This document shows positions 41,650-57,800 of a DNA stretch of 64,000 nt, one piece after another. Origin of the DNA: the human T2T-CHM13v2.0 reference genome, Homo sapiens; the NCBI RefSeq assembly GCF_009914755.1, contig NC_060929.1. One strand, written 5' to 3'. The notes under the pieces were generated by a model. That model did not search any database, had not been told where the DNA came from, and saw nothing but the letters and a program-made list of their open reading frames with translations. Numbering within the stretch: the first letter of the stretch is position 1; each line of letters starts with the position of its first letter. Position numbers and translations under genes: made by a program.

Positions 41650-42091
41650 ACTAGTATCTCCCCGCTCTTACCACTTCATTGTGTGCTGGCCCTTTTTCCA
41701 AATGCCAGCATCTATATCTCTTTGCCTGAGGGTTTTTTTCTTTTCACAAAAGGACTTTGCCCTCCAGCTCAGCAGATCAGCAAAGCCAAATAATTATTAC
41801 CTCTTGGGGCATGACAGGAATTGATATATAAATACCTCAGCCTTTCTCACCCTCTTACTCAGAGGCACATGTTCTACACCAGCTGCCAGCTTTCCCCAAG
41901 GGGATCAAGTTCTCCTTATCTAGCGTGGACACTTGATTAAGGACCAACTCTCTTTATTGGCTGCCTTTCCTTCCCTGTTTCCCTGCCATTCCTCATTTCT
42001 TCACTTCTCTACCATTTTTTTCTTCCTAGATAACCAATTTCATGTGAATCCCTTTCCCAGGATCTGCTTCTTGGAAAACCTAAACTAAAAC
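41650..42091 (+). mobile_element. ERVL LTR (LTR16-like)
   Basis: Ends ggatctgcttcttggaaaacctaaactaaaaca; internal gatatataaatacc...cagaggcacatgttctacac. Confidence 0.6.
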
Positions 42092-42917
42092 AAGGAAATT
42101 TTCCCTCCTTTCAATTCATACTCTCGATTATGTGGTGATTTGCCACCCCTGCATAGCTTGGGGAGAATCATTAACCCAGTGATTAAGTAAATATATCCCT
42201 ATTATCAGTTATTCTAGAACACACATCCTTTTGTCTTTATCAGAACAGTGTTGTTACAAATCAGTGCATGAAATTTTGATTGTCCTTTAGATGAATAATT
42301 TGGAGTTCAAATTTTAAACCACTTTTTTTTTTCTTGCCTATAGTGTCAGTTTACAAAATGGCTTATCCTTCACTATTACTAGCTCTCTAAGACCACATGG
42401 ACCTCTTATTATTTAGTTTTAGCTGCTTTGGAAAGTTACTTGGTTTCTTTTTTGGGTGCCCTGCAAAGGAACGCATAGACTATTAAGGCAGAAGTATGTT
42501 AAATGTATTCTTCAAATTTAGTAAAATCCAGTCATTTTTCTCTAAACCAGTAGAAACTTGACATTATGGGCAACATATAAATATGAGTTTACGTAATTTT
42601 ACTTAGTAATTAACCTTATGCTATCTGGAGATGTCTTATTCTTGCCACACATTGCTTTTTATTTTTTATATTAATACTTCATGTATTTTTGCCTTTTTCT
42701 CTAATAGCTTGTAGTTTCTTTAAACATAAAGAGTCTTATTTTTTAAAAAAAATTCTCCAGTAATAGCTGCATTTGTCTCATTAGCTAAGGCACTTGATAA
42801 AAGTTGGTGGATGGTAGTGATGAGAACTGTGCTTTATATTTAGAGGTGAATTCAATAAAAGTGAAGATCTCTTCAGTTCTACATAAGGGCCTTGATATTA
42901 GATAGTTTCATATGTGA

Positions 42918-43655
<738 letters not shown>

Positions 43656-44009
43656 AAACAAGTGTTTGTTTTCATATTTATTAAGTCAAATATATTTTTG
43701 ATGTTGCTATAATACCTTGGTAATTAGAACTTTTCAAATAACATTAAGCAAGAACATATCTGACTTTCTGTGTGGTTGTGTTTACTTGTATGTTTATGGA
43801 ATTTAGGCACATCTGGTTGCCTCTCTCAAGGAGTTTCTTGTCTAATGAAGTAAAGCAGATGGTAAACAATTACATGCACCATGATAGAGTGAAGACAAAG
43901 TGGAGAGCACATTCAGGGCACCCGCTGTAGACTTGCAGGGCAGGATCAGAAAGGGTATAGTGGAGACTTGAAGTGCTTACCCATGTCTTTTTTCTTCTCT
44001 CCATCTGGA

Positions 44010-44670
<661 letters not shown>

Positions 44671-47600
44671 AGTACAGTGAGGAGATGAACTCTGAACTAA
44701 GTTTTGGAGGGCCAGGAGCAAAGACTGGACAAAGTCTACATGTTAGAGGCTCTCCTTTCCATCTTGCCAAGATAGAACCTGGTCCCTTAAAAGAGTAGGG
44801 GCAAGTTTAGAGATAAAAGTAGGTTAATATTCCAGATGCTAAAGAGGTAGCAGAGTCTACTAAGTGTCAGATATGTCAGAAAAACACACCATAAAATCCT
44901 GATATCCAAGGGCCCTGGTAGGCCAAGCGCTGACGGCGCTGTCAGCAATCCACAGCTTGTCTGATTTAAGGCCCATTGTGCTCACTCTGTTTTTGCAAAT
45001 ACATTTCCCCGTACTGAAAATGACAGCATGTAATAGCAGTTGGCAGAGGTGACCAGAATAAAACACTTTACCCTTTGCAATGTGTACATCCCGAAATGCC
45101 TTTAATCTTTAAATGCACTCATTTATGATTTTTGTGGGTAACAAGCCACTTTTGCTGAGTTTAATGGTCATTTCATCTGTCTTATGATTTTCAAAAACAA
45201 CTTTTAGAGTATTTTTACTCTTGGAAGCATACAGAAATGACTGTATTTTCCATGCAAACATCAATTTAGTTTATGCATTTTAGAAAGAATTCCCAAACAG
45301 TGGTTTATTCTTATTTACAATCATTTCTCCCCCTTTGCTGTATGAGTTGTGTTTTATGAAGCAGCAACCATGATGTGAGGAGGAGTCTGTCTGATCAGAG
45401 GGAGAATTAACATTGCTTGAAAGAGCAGCATTCTTTCTGTGTACTCAAGTTAATTGGTGCAGTAATTTAATCATTGAGCCTCTGTTCACATTTCATGTGT
45501 AAGTCACTTAAACTTTTTTTTTTTTGCTTTTTTAGAATGTCTAGGTTGATGAGCATTTAAATAAATTTGTAGCATTTAAAAATGTCCTCAAAACTGATTG
45601 CAGCATGACATCCCTCAGATTTTGTATTCAGTTTTAGTTTAGTTACTTTGAAGCTTTCAGATGAAAAAAACACCTAAATTTAATATTCTGCAACAGGTTT
45701 TTCCATCACTATGCTGAAGCCCAGAGGAACGCAGTGTATTTTTTGAGTTTTAGTCTTCAATTTTTTCCTTAGGGTATTTTTGACCCCAGATACTTTTTCC
45801 TTTAAATTTGACTGAGCTGTGATCATGACTCTGACCTCTAGCCTTGAAAGAAGAGGAGTTATACCTCTCAGGAGCGATGCCTCAGGCACTTTGCAAGTCG
45901 GCTGGCAGGGATTATTTCCTAGGCTGTGAAGTGATGACCTTCTATGGAGAGTGAAAGTCTGCAATGCAGGTAAATTCCTTCAGCCAGGATTGAGAGCCTT
46001 AGGTTTGCTACCTGCTCTATGAATCAGAGTTTTCCTTCTCTATGGAGGACATGTAATTTAGCAGTATATTTAAAGCCACATGTTATGTGCTCACATGTTG
46101 GTTAATTTACTGTTGGAGGTGAATATATTCTGATTTTGAGTTCCATAAAGGATTGGTTCAGAAGGAAATCTGGAAATTTGGACTAAAAAGCAAGGATGAC
46201 TTTACTGTGATTAAAGGACACCTTACCTGTTATTTCTAAACAAAGTGCCCTGACAGTGCTCTCTCAGCTGTTCCCAACTTGTCTGATTTCAGTATCCCAG
46301 AGAGGATTTCTGTTGCTTCCTAAGCTATCATTACAGCAATAATATAATGCTGATTGCTACGATATTTTCAGAATACATTAAAAGGAGGAATGAAATTTAG
46401 AATGATTAATAAACACTTTTAGAATTTGTGGGATGGCATTTTGTTTTTATTCTCTGAATAGAACTGTCAGTCTGAATGCAGTAAATTTCTAGAGTTTTGA
46501 AAAATAAGAATATTCATCTATTTTTTTTGAGGAACATAGTCATTTCAAAAGGCATGTGTATATTTTTAAGACAAAAACTGATTTTAAACATTATGTGATG
46601 ATTTTTAACACTGATGTTAAAAATGATTTATATATTTTAAGTCCTTCTGAAAAATCCTTGAGAATCCACTTATTGCCACTATCCTGTTTAGCAAATTCTA
46701 ATATAAATCTAACTGACAGAATTGTGGGAAAGGCAGAGTAATATAAGAGAGTAGCTGTGTCACTGAAGGCCATGTGAAATACTTGGAAAGCCAGGATAAG
46801 GAACTATTACCAGACACAAAATGTCACTACAGATATCTTATAAAATATTCCATTTTGTTCTACTTAAAAAGTTATCTGCAATGGGTGAAAACATTTCCAA
46901 TTTAAATCACACACAATTTTTCTGGTAATAGGACCATCAATGTGGTACTTCTTGTGTAGGACTAGGCCCTTTGGTCTAGAATAAAATTTCAACAGTGATT
47001 CATTCATTCATCTATTCTTTCAAAAATGGATAAGGGCTTCTTAAAGTGTTGGTAAATAATACTGGAAGGTACAACTTAGTCAAATTCTATTGTTAAATAT
47101 TTCTGTTTTGCAGAGTTGAAACAAAATGGAGAAAGTTTCTCAAAATATAACTAATTGTCCTAAATTCAACTGTTTAAGATCCAGTAGATAAAGCATAATC
47201 TACCTATGTTATGTCTCACTATTCTCTTTCGCTTGGCTTCTTTGTTTTTTGTTTTGTTTTGTTTTTTAGCAAAGGAAATCTGTGATATATTTGGATGCAG
47301 ATTTATTTAAAAGGCCCTGGCCCATTGAATCTGGTAAAACAGAGATAGAAAGCAGAGACATACTACCTTTGTTCTATCACCAATATGATGGCATGGGACA
47401 ATTGGATACTGGCCGTAGCATTGTGCTAGCTGGTACCCTTCACCTTCACCTTTGCCTTCCTCTCTCTCCCTCCCAGTCTCCCATCCCGTTTTCTATGATC
47501 AAGATTTTAATTTCGCTTACATGAGAACAACTAGAGTGATGTAGCCAGGATAGTGATTACATTTCTTTTAAAAAATTGGTCCTAGTCATGAAATCAGAAT

Positions 47601-48667
47601 ATAATTAAATCATTGAGTTTTAATGACCTCAAATAGGATAATGGTATATTATAACTTGATTTGTAGTCCTACTTTTGGAAGGATATATAAATTATCTTTG
47701 TGGAATTGTATAGGCCCAGAATGTAATGAATGATGTAAATCAACATGATTTATAGTTTAAAATATTTTTCCCTTATAGGCAGCTTCTGCCACCTGCTTGG
47801 TATTTCCACTGTGCCACCAGCATCATTTAAGTTCTTACCAGGATTACTGAAGTGGCTTCATAGCTGCTTTATTTGTCTTGGATCTCATCTTTAAATTTAC
47901 CTCCCAGAATATAACCAGAGTGGATCTTTTAAAAGCTAATTGTTCTTCATTTTTAAAAATTCTTTATTACTATACATCACCTTCAGGAGAATATAGAATA
48001 TGAGGTCCTTTCTTTTTCTTTAATTGCAATACTATGAATTAAAATTTTTTGAGGACATATACTATATATGTGTGTGTGTGTATGTATAAAGTCTTGTAGA
48101 TGTACATATATAAAATATTAGATACATTATATACTATGCACAGGAGCAGAATTTTAAAAAGGATGTGGTAAGAATAATTATAAAAATAAGCTGCAATCTT
48201 TTCTTCTCATGTATTTGCCTTGTGTACCTTTTGGTGTGTGCACCCAACTTTGGAGAGCTCCGTCACTCCCCTGTTTGCTTCCTGCCCTAAAGCCACAACT
48301 ACATAATTACCAAGGCTGTGGCATGTTCACTCCTCCTATTTTTTCTGTTAGAAATACCTACCTCACTCCACCCACTCACCCATAGACCCTCTTGTTGAGT
48401 AATTTTTACATAATTTTCCAGACTAAGTTCATGTGCCACCATCTCAGGGAAAAAAATTATATCCCCTTGTCTGCTTCCAAAGCATTATAAATTAACGTTT
48501 TTCATAATATTTTAGAGTATAGATAGTTATTTTTTCTAACACTCCAAAGATTAGGAGCTTCTTTGAGGAGCAACTATCTTCTTAATCTTTACATCATTAT
48601 AGGCAGACACAATGCCCAGCATGTGTTATACCTTCAATATAATTTAAACGAATTCATGCATGAATCA

Positions 48668-48755
48668 GGAATGAAGAAAGGAAGGGAGGAAGGAAGGAAG
48701 GAGGGAGGAAGAGAGGGAAGGAGGGAGGGAGGGAGGGAGGGGATAGAGGGAGAAG
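48668..48755. repeat. (GGAA/GGGA)n purine tract after an L2 tail
   Basis: Directly visible. Confidence 0.9.
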
Positions 48756-50819
48756 TTAATGGATGTGTTCAAGATAAAACAACCAGTCATGGTAAAAGGA
48801 GGATTTTTAATCCGTGTCTCCATGGTTCTCTGATGGTCGATGGTAAATATGTAAGGAAGGTAATTTTGCATTATTTTGGTGAGAAATTCTGTATATTACA
48901 TATCAGTATCAAACATAAATATTGTTATGTAAATATTCTCTGTTTTTCTCTAGGTTTTAAATACTTACCTGGTAACCTAATCCTATTAAAAGTTTTGTCT
49001 TTTTAAAAAAATATTTTCTTCTGTTTTATGTAATGCCATAGGACTAGCACAAATACCTAAAATACTGACGAGCTTAAAGTTCCTTTTGAAATGAGCATAG
49101 GATAGAGTGAATCACAGGAAGCAGGTTATGGATAAGGATAATGTATTTTGATGATATTCAAATTTATTCAGCAAAGACCAAATAAGTCAGAGCAGATTTG
49201 CTGGTTCATCAGTTGTGCTGCTTCTGCATTCTTATTAGTAAACTGTAACACATTTTACAAAGACTCAATCTTTTCCCACAGGGCACAGCTCTAGGTTAAG
49301 CCTAAAAAGCAACTTTCATTATAGATCGTTTATTGAAAGTAGAGTGAAGCAATTACAGTATCTCTCTGAAGAGGTATATTGGCCAAACACTCTACTTTGG
49401 AATAGTGCTTTATGCCGGATTAGTTATTTAATACTTTGGCTATTATTGAAACTTAGAAATGTGTATAGATGCCCCTTAGGGCTTATTGATACTGTGAGAA
49501 AAGCAACAGATATATTCTAGAAAAAAAATATGATCCTCATCAAGCCTTTTTTAAAGTTCAAGTGTAGACATTTGCCAATCATTGTTTTAGTTTTTTAGTT
49601 TGAAGTACCAGTGAAAGTTGTTTTGAGGATTTATGGAAACTAATATTTATCCATTTGACTCACTGTGGTAATTATTTTGTGGTGTGTTGATATAGTCAAA
49701 TTTCCATTCTTTTGATTACGTGTTTTGTGCAAATTTTGATATAAAGATATAAGGGCTCTTCTTTTATATTTAGTATCTGAATTTTCTCATTTGACAAATT
49801 AGAATTAAATATATGAGATCTATATTTTTATAATGGGCCAATCATAAAATCTAGGCTTATTTTAGACAAACTAGTGTTCCTAAGAAGTCAAATAGTTTCC
49901 TTAGAAATAGTTGACTCTTTTCTCTTGAAAATTATGGATTTTTGTCACCTTCATCTTATATTAGGGCTAGGATACTTTGTTTTTTATTTCTTTAAATTTA
50001 AAAGCTCCAAGTTTTTGAATATGTCAAATTTATTTAAATGAAACTGAATCTTGTGATTCTTTCTTGACATTTTCAAATATGATTCAAATTTGGGAAAATT
50101 TTTTTTGCCAGCTAGTAAATGATTGCTGAAATCATGAATTGAAATTTCTCTATTTAAATGGAATGCCATATTTATAAAAGTAATAGCTTGCAAGAGATTG
50201 TCAGTGGCATTCAAATCAGAATCTAAAATATATTTCTTTCATTAAATATTTGCACAAAGTTGTTATATATTTATATAGGTCATTCCCTGGGACGTTTTAT
50301 ACATTGTCATTTAAAAATATTCATTCTTAAAGAGATACAATAGAAACATGCTTTATGTATACATTCCAGGTGCATGCTTGTATAGTACTGTGCTGTATCC
50401 ATTATCTGCTTTTGAGGCTGTAGCTGTTATTTATAGTGTTACAGTTACTGTACATTAATTTGTTCTTGATTTTAGCTTTTCCAACTGTCCATTTTCATTA
50501 TCAAGGAGAGAATCTGGCTCACAGATAAAATTTCTCACCCCCATAAGTAAAATAAAAATGAACTCTCCAAAGTTAAAGTAACAATGAAAGAAACAAATTG
50601 TAGCAATGGAAGTAATGGATTTAGATGAACAATGTTTGTATTAGTTGATGGCCTTCACAAGATTTTTACCAATATGAAAGTTCAATAATTCAAGTGAATG
50701 GAATTACTTAAAAGATATACTTGATGTGCACTAATGAAATAATATTTTCTTTTCTTTTGTTTTCCTGGCATAACTGTGTTTTATTTCTTCCCCAAATTCT
50801 TTTTTGCTTCAACCATATA

Positions 50820-51030
50820 GGTGTAATAATATTTGGTTGAAGTGGAGTTTCAATACTGCTTGCCTAGGTTCAAAACCTGGCCTTGCTACTTATAAGTTGT
50901 TGTTTAGGGGCACTTAATCTGTCCCTCAGTTTCTGTTTTTAAAATCAGAATAATAGAATAATTAATAACTTTCTCATAGAATTGTTATGAAGATTAAATA
51001 AGTAAACACATGCAAAAAGCTTATTACCAT
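50820..51030 (+). mobile_element. MIR
   Basis: gcctaggttcaaaacctggccttgctactta...cctcagtttc...gttatgaagattaaat. Confidence 0.75.
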
Positions 51031-51056
51031 ATGTAATTTAAACAACACTGGAGTTA

Positions 51057-51323
<267 letters not shown>

Positions 51324-52152
51324 TTATTCAGTGAGCACCTAGAATTAAAAAGTGAATTGCGTGAATAAATTCTCTCATTAACATGGTTTATTGTGGTTGT
51401 AATGGTGGGGTTAGTAAAGAAGTAGAGATAGTCTCCTAGTCTCCAAAATGACTTGGCACTTGAACAGTTTAAAGTACATACTAAAGTTTGTAGAAATTGT
51501 ATGCAACCATCACTGCTGCCTCTGTTGTGATCATGTGGCCCTTCTTTTAGATAAGGAGTTATAGCAATACATTATATAGCATTGGATTTTGACCTTTGAT
51601 ATATAAATTCTGGTCATCTCAAGGTATCTTGTAGGGTTAATACAGTTGTAAGTAATAATAATTATAATACATTTAAGAGATTACAACATACATTGTGTTA
51701 TCTGGTTCCTTCATTATGCAGTAGGTACAGTTAATTATCTTCATTTTTCTGATGAAGGCTCACTGGCTTAGAGAAGTAAAATGCCTTACCTGAGGTCACA
51801 CAGTTAATCATAGTGGCAGGATGTATAGAATTGGCCTCATGTCTAATTTATATTTATTTATTAACTATTTCTAGTTACCAAAACTCTATTAAAAATGACA
51901 TTGTCTTAAGAAAAAGGTACTTACACAAAAGTAGAGTTAATATCTAGATTGTATAAGAACTTAAAGTCACTGGTGTTATAAAATAACAAAGAAAGTAGGA
52001 TAAGTATTAACAATTGCTTTAGTTTATACTATTTGAAAGACTCAGAATCCTTGGCATCAGGTTGTTTTCATAATAAGTAAGGACCATATAAAATGTGTCA
52101 AGACCTTTTTCTCAATTGATATGTTTTAATAAGTTTTATAACATTCAGTTTT

Positions 52153-52536
52153 TAGTACAGTCTATATACTAAAATTGGAAAATTAGAACTTAGTATAGTC
52201 TATATACAAAAATTAGTATGTATAGTCTATCTACTAAAATTAGTATAGTCTATCTACTAAAATTAGTAGATATAGTCTATATACTAAAATTAGTAGATAT
52301 AGTCTATCTACTAAAATTAGTAGATATAGTCTATCTACTAAAATTAGTAGATATAGTCTATCTACTAAAATTAGTAGATATAGTCTATCTACTAAAATTA
52401 GTAGATATAGTCTATCTACTAAAATTAGTAGATATAGTCTATATACTAAAATTAGTAGATATAGTCTATATACTAAAATTAGTAGATATAGTCTATATAC
52501 TAAAATTAGTAGATATAGTCTATATACTAAAATTAG
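52153..52536. repeat. 27-bp minisatellite, unit TATAGTCTAT(C/A)TACTAAAATTAGTAGA
   Basis: Ten complete units 52244-52513 plus partial and degenerate units on both sides. Confidence 0.97.
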
Positions 52537-53150
52537 AATGTTTTTGAAATATGTTTTAAGAAGAAATATGTATTTTTGATAACTGTATTGGCAATTCTTA
52601 AAAACGTGGAGGAAGTGATAAATATATCATTTGGTAATTAATTTGTGTAAAGACCCCTAAAATCATTAACAGCAGGATACCTTGAAAATTAAAAGAGCTT
52701 ATTTAAAATATAAGCTTATTAGCAATAACAAATGGACTTCAAAATGAAATATTTACTTTCTTACCCATTAGCATTTTAATAATGAGAATATTTTAGACAT
52801 GTACCAGTTTTTACCAGGTTATACTGCAGTGACAATCGACCTCTAAATTTCAGTGACAACAAAATAGATTGATTTCATGTTATATGTCTATTGCAGATTG
52901 ACATGTAACACAGTCTCACATTATTGTAACACAACCTTACATTGTTGTTCTTTCTTGTATGGTCTAGGGAAAGGAAAGCCAAGGTGGCATTAAGGTTCCT
53001 GCTTGGCAATGCCACAAGTCACTTGGGCTTATTTTGGACTGACCAAAGCAAGTCATGAGAAGCAGTTAATATTTTGAAATAATATCACAATCTACTACAA
53101 ACACCATTATAATTCCTAGGCATGGACCCTGCTTAAGATAAATATTTCAG

Positions 53151-53152
<2 letters not shown>

Positions 53153-53182
<30 letters not shown>
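53153..53182. repeat. (TG)n microsatellite
   Basis: Directly visible. Confidence 0.95.
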
Positions 53183-53184
<2 letters not shown>

Positions 53185-54848
53185 ATGTGTGCACGTGCAT
53201 GCACACTTATATCTAAAATTGTATCTCATGGGTAATAGCTACATTTTTCAGCTTTTTTTATTGTTGGCTGGGATTCTAATTTTTTTTGTATCAAAATTTT
53301 CCCTGTATTTTTGTAATGTTAACATCTTATTGGAGTCAAGATTTTTGGCTTCAAGAAATAACATCCCACAGCAATCTAGTGTATTACAATGGAGAAGGGT
53401 TTATATGGATACAGGGGAATGTTGTAGAACCTACGGGTAGAAGTACTGCTGTGTTCATGTGGAACTAGAAAGTTGTCAGGCATTACTATTACTCTCTGTC
53501 TCTTTCTGGATTTTCTTCTTTCCTTATTTCTATGTGTGTGTTTCCTTCTTTGCTCTTTTCAAATGGTCATTTTTCCCTGCTTTTTCATTCATTTGGTACT
53601 CAGTGACAGCACCATAGCCCCTGAGTTTACCTGTCTCAACTTTAGAAAACATCAAAGACTCGACCATCCTTTCTGAATCCCAATTCTGATTTCCCAAAAG
53701 ACAGAAGCACCAGCTGGTAGGCTGTAAGTGACCCACTATGTAATTTAAATCACAGAATTTTAATCTCTATGGATTAGGGGAGGTAGGAGGAGAAATTTGT
53801 AGAAAGAAGATTGGACAGACAATCCAAAAGCTGTCTATTATTCAAAGGTTAAATTTCTTATTAAAATAAGAAACTTTAGAATTTTTTAAAAAATAATTAT
53901 TTTCATGAATATGTTTCAAAGAAGTTTTCAGTTATTTTTTTTTTCTTACTGTTGATAGGGAAATCTGATAAGCACACTGATAAAGCTTTAAAGTTAATGA
54001 ACAGGGAGTTCTGAAGCCGTTAAACTGTAAAAGAAACAGCTATTGGATATAGTCATGTTCTTTTATACACTTTGTTCTTTCCTTAACCCAGAGGCAGTGT
54101 TAGGTCAATGCTCCAACTACACAACTAGCCATCTCCCGTAAGACCCAAGGCAACTGTTTCTCTAGAATAAGGGAGAAAAAGAAAGAAATCCTCACAATTC
54201 TTTAAAAAAAGTATTTCAATTTTTCTCAAACATTAAATTGTGCATTAAGCTTGTCTAATATAATTTCAATGTTCTTTTAAATTCCATGAAGTTTAGCTGC
54301 ACTGGTAAAGCGGATTTAATATATCAGAACATTATACTTTTTTCTCCATCTTTTTATTTAGAAAGTTTGTAAACCTAAGAAAGGTAGAAGGGCTAAAACA
54401 GTGATTTCCCATATATCCTTCAACTGGATTCACCAATTTTTGCCACATTTGCTTATATCTTCCTACATGTATACTTCTATCTCCCTACATACATTGAACA
54501 TGGTTTACTCAACTAAAAGAAGACCAGTTAATTCCCTCTGGAAGAACTTTATTGCCTTCACTTTATTTTGTACTGCATCTCCTGCTTTTTTGTCACATGG
54601 AAAATGCTCTTGTAAAAAATATATCTCAATCTAATGTGAATAACCAAAATGGCTCAGGGGCCTTTTCAGTCACCTATTAAGCCCCTCTCTTATGAGAAGA
54701 GATGTATTACAGCATAGGTATAACTTTGCCTGTTGTCATTGGTTTGCACACAAAAATGTCTTTAAATTTTGTGTGGATGCTTATTTTCTTGACCACTTTG
54801 CCGGAGCTATTCCATTTATTTTATACATGCTGGAAAATGATTTAGAGT

Positions 54849-54867
54849 CAACAGCAGGTGGCAGTGC
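54849..54867 (+). promoter_or_regulatory. Candidate CTCF site
   Basis: ACAGCAGGTGGCAGTG versus core CCASYAGRKGGCRS, one mismatch. Confidence 0.45.
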
Positions 54868-57800
54868 TAGCAAACTTTGTGCTTTTGGTACGTAATCAGC
54901 TCAGAAAGTGATGTCTTTCAGTAGTACCACAGGAGCAATACAATTAGTAAGGAGTCCTTAAATACCTATGCTTATCTCCAATTTATTTTGAGAATTATTT
55001 TTGAAATCAGTTGAAAATTATGGATAAATGTATTTAGAAATACTAGTTTAGAGACTGAATTTTGTTATCATTGTGAGATCAAATAACTGAGAAAAATAGG
55101 TTTGTTTTATCCTTGTTTCTGGTTTATTCCATAACCAGAAAAAAAAATGTGAATACTTAAAATTAGAAAGATAAGGTAGTTTGAATCCTGTTAAAATTTG
55201 CTGGAAAAATGTCACAGCAACATTTATTTCTATTGATGAAAAGGTAGTTATGTATTTTGAAATTTTGTGGCAAACTTTAAGAAAGCTCTTATAAAGCAAA
55301 ACTACTCTGATTCACCAGGGTAACAAATTTTAGAAAGCTTAAATTGCTCTTGACATTTATGGAAATAATTTCAAAAATGCTCTTTAGTTATAATTTGTTT
55401 CAGAGACCGTAATTTGTTGCAATTCTCTTCTTTCATTTCATAGAAAAGGAAACTGGACAAGCAAGGAATTTTTGTTTTCATTGAGGTATTTGATTTTTCA
55501 CAACTTTTGTGTCATTTTACCAGAAACAATAAAGACTTTTTAGGAAGTCATATCAACAACTGTTTTATGTTCTTGGATTTTAATAGTTCTTCTGTACATG
55601 TGTTTCAATAACTTACATATGGCTTATTTAAATATTTGTATATTTATAGGTTCATATATCATCTAGATATCAGATAATAGCAGAGTAGTTGATTTCTTTT
55701 ACTAATATGATTATTTAACATTAAGAACTCAGAACACTTAAAGTTAGCATAGAATTGAAAGCTTATGTAGTTTAATGAGATCATTGCTCCAATGGAGAAA
55801 CTGAGGCCCAGGAAGGATTTCAGTGAAGGAGACTTAATGGTATAGAAAGATCCTGTTACATTCTCTCTTGATTCTCAGGCTGTCTCAGGAACAACTCAGT
55901 TGCAAATTATTATTTTATTTACTTATACTCTCAGGACTCCTGCATTCACTAGGTTCTGTATTTTACTATGAAGAAAATTACTGATAAAAATTCTGTCCTC
56001 CCCAAGAAGCATGCATTTTAGCCATTTCTCTAATTAACTGGTTGGCCTCATACCCCCATTTCCTAGATGTGTAATTAAAATTCAATGAGTCTTCCTGAAC
56101 TATAGTTTCAGTGCTTTTGAGAACTATGTAGCAGCAGCTATTATTATTCCTACCTTTTAAGACTGACCAGTGAAAAAAAAATGATAAAATGTTTAAGTTA
56201 TATTAAGATAAAACAGCAAGTCATCAAAAGGTGTGAGGAGGACAATAGAACTCTGAGGCATAATTACCGATTCCCCAAGGAGCAGCCTTTCCCACGAAAA
56301 ACAAACAAGACAGAATGGAATCTTAAAATTTTCTTCAAGGATTACATTAAAATTAGGAAATGAAATGGAAACATTCTATGCATTATATGTGGAATAAATC
56401 ATTTTGAAATAGAAGCACACTGCCTGTTCTCAATAAGATATCAATGATTTATTGAAGTTATTAGTTAACTGAAACACACAATTTTTGGCATACTATTGAA
56501 ATTTAACTTTGATTACATTTTAATTATTACTCCATTAAAACCTATTATTTACATACAATAGCTTTTTATAAGGTTAGGCAAATCACTGTTTCTTGAAAAT
56601 TCTCAGGTCATGTGTGCAGCCAAGTGACAGTGCCTTAGAAAGAGAACTTTAGTTTGGCCTGTGGTAATCTATGTTTTAAATTACAGCACAACTCATTCCA
56701 AATCAATATAATGAATTGATTTGTAAACGTTTGAGGCAGGACTGCTTTCTTTGGATTTTGTCTATTGAATGTGCACTGCAGTTAAAGCATCCTTTTTCTG
56801 CATAATTAAGTCTATGTTCTTGGCTTTTCACTGAGTTTAAACTGGTTTTAAAAGGCAGAAATGTATGTTAAGGCAAAATTATGCACATCCATTATTCTTA
56901 GTCTTATAAATATTGAAGCATTTTTTTCCCTTTTAGTGAGAAATGGAAGAGAAAATAAAGCTGAATGCCCTGAACTTTAGTTCCCCTTTCTGAGGATATT
57001 TTAAACTATTTTAATTCTGGGAAGCATTGAACATACTTCCCTCAAATGCCTAAATTGCCTGAATACACAGTAACATTCTTTATTCTTACAGTGAGGGCAA
57101 TGTTTAAATTATGGTATATGAGAATGAGTGAACAAGAACAAGATGGTGATTTGAATTCTGAGAATTCTGAAAAGATTTTGAGCTAATATATAAATAGAAA
57201 GAGCTATTGTAAAAAATCAATTCAACCAACATTTATTGAGCACATGTAATAGTGCCTTATATATAGCAGACATTGGGTTAGTCACTTCATAAATATCTTC
57301 CAATTTCACAACAATCCTGCAGATTGTTTTATTCCACGTCTACATATGAGAAACTAGAAAGTCAAGCTATTGAAACTAGGACTAAAACATGAATCTCCAT
57401 CATGATCTTTTGGCTGCGAAAGCAACATGTTGCTTTGCCACCTACCAGTTGTCACGTGCTAGAGATATAAAAATGAATAAACTCAGTTCCTGCCTTCAAG
57501 AAATTCATAAGGGTGGTCTATTGGGAAAGAATGCCATTCAAACAGTTTACATTATCATGTGATAAATCGCAGTACCTAATGATGTACTATGGTAAGGAGG
57601 GAATTATTTCTGATAATGGGAGCTAAATGCATAATCATTGAGATATGAGAAGGTTATAGTGCGGAAGAAGTTAAAAGTAGTGTTGCATGGCGGATTTTGA
57701 AGGGCCTGGAAATTTATGCTCAATAGCTTGGGACTCCTGGGTTACTCGGCTTTCAAACAACCCTCATGACTAGTTTCCTAAATGGTTGTTGGTGCTAGTG

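Noticed and set aside
44927-44948. GCTGAC-GGCGCT-GTCAGC palindrome resembling RE1/REST or MARE sites
   Set aside because: Only a mismatched RE1 half site, and half-site spacing is wrong for a MARE.
48563-49006. 147-aa ORF
   Set aside because: Built from an L2 tail and GGAA/GGGA repeat; TTG start, no domain.
52218-52547. 109-aa ORF of LKLVDIVY repeats; CRISPR-like appearance
   Set aside because: Translation of the 27-bp tandem repeat; no unique spacers, no cas genes, eukaryotic context.
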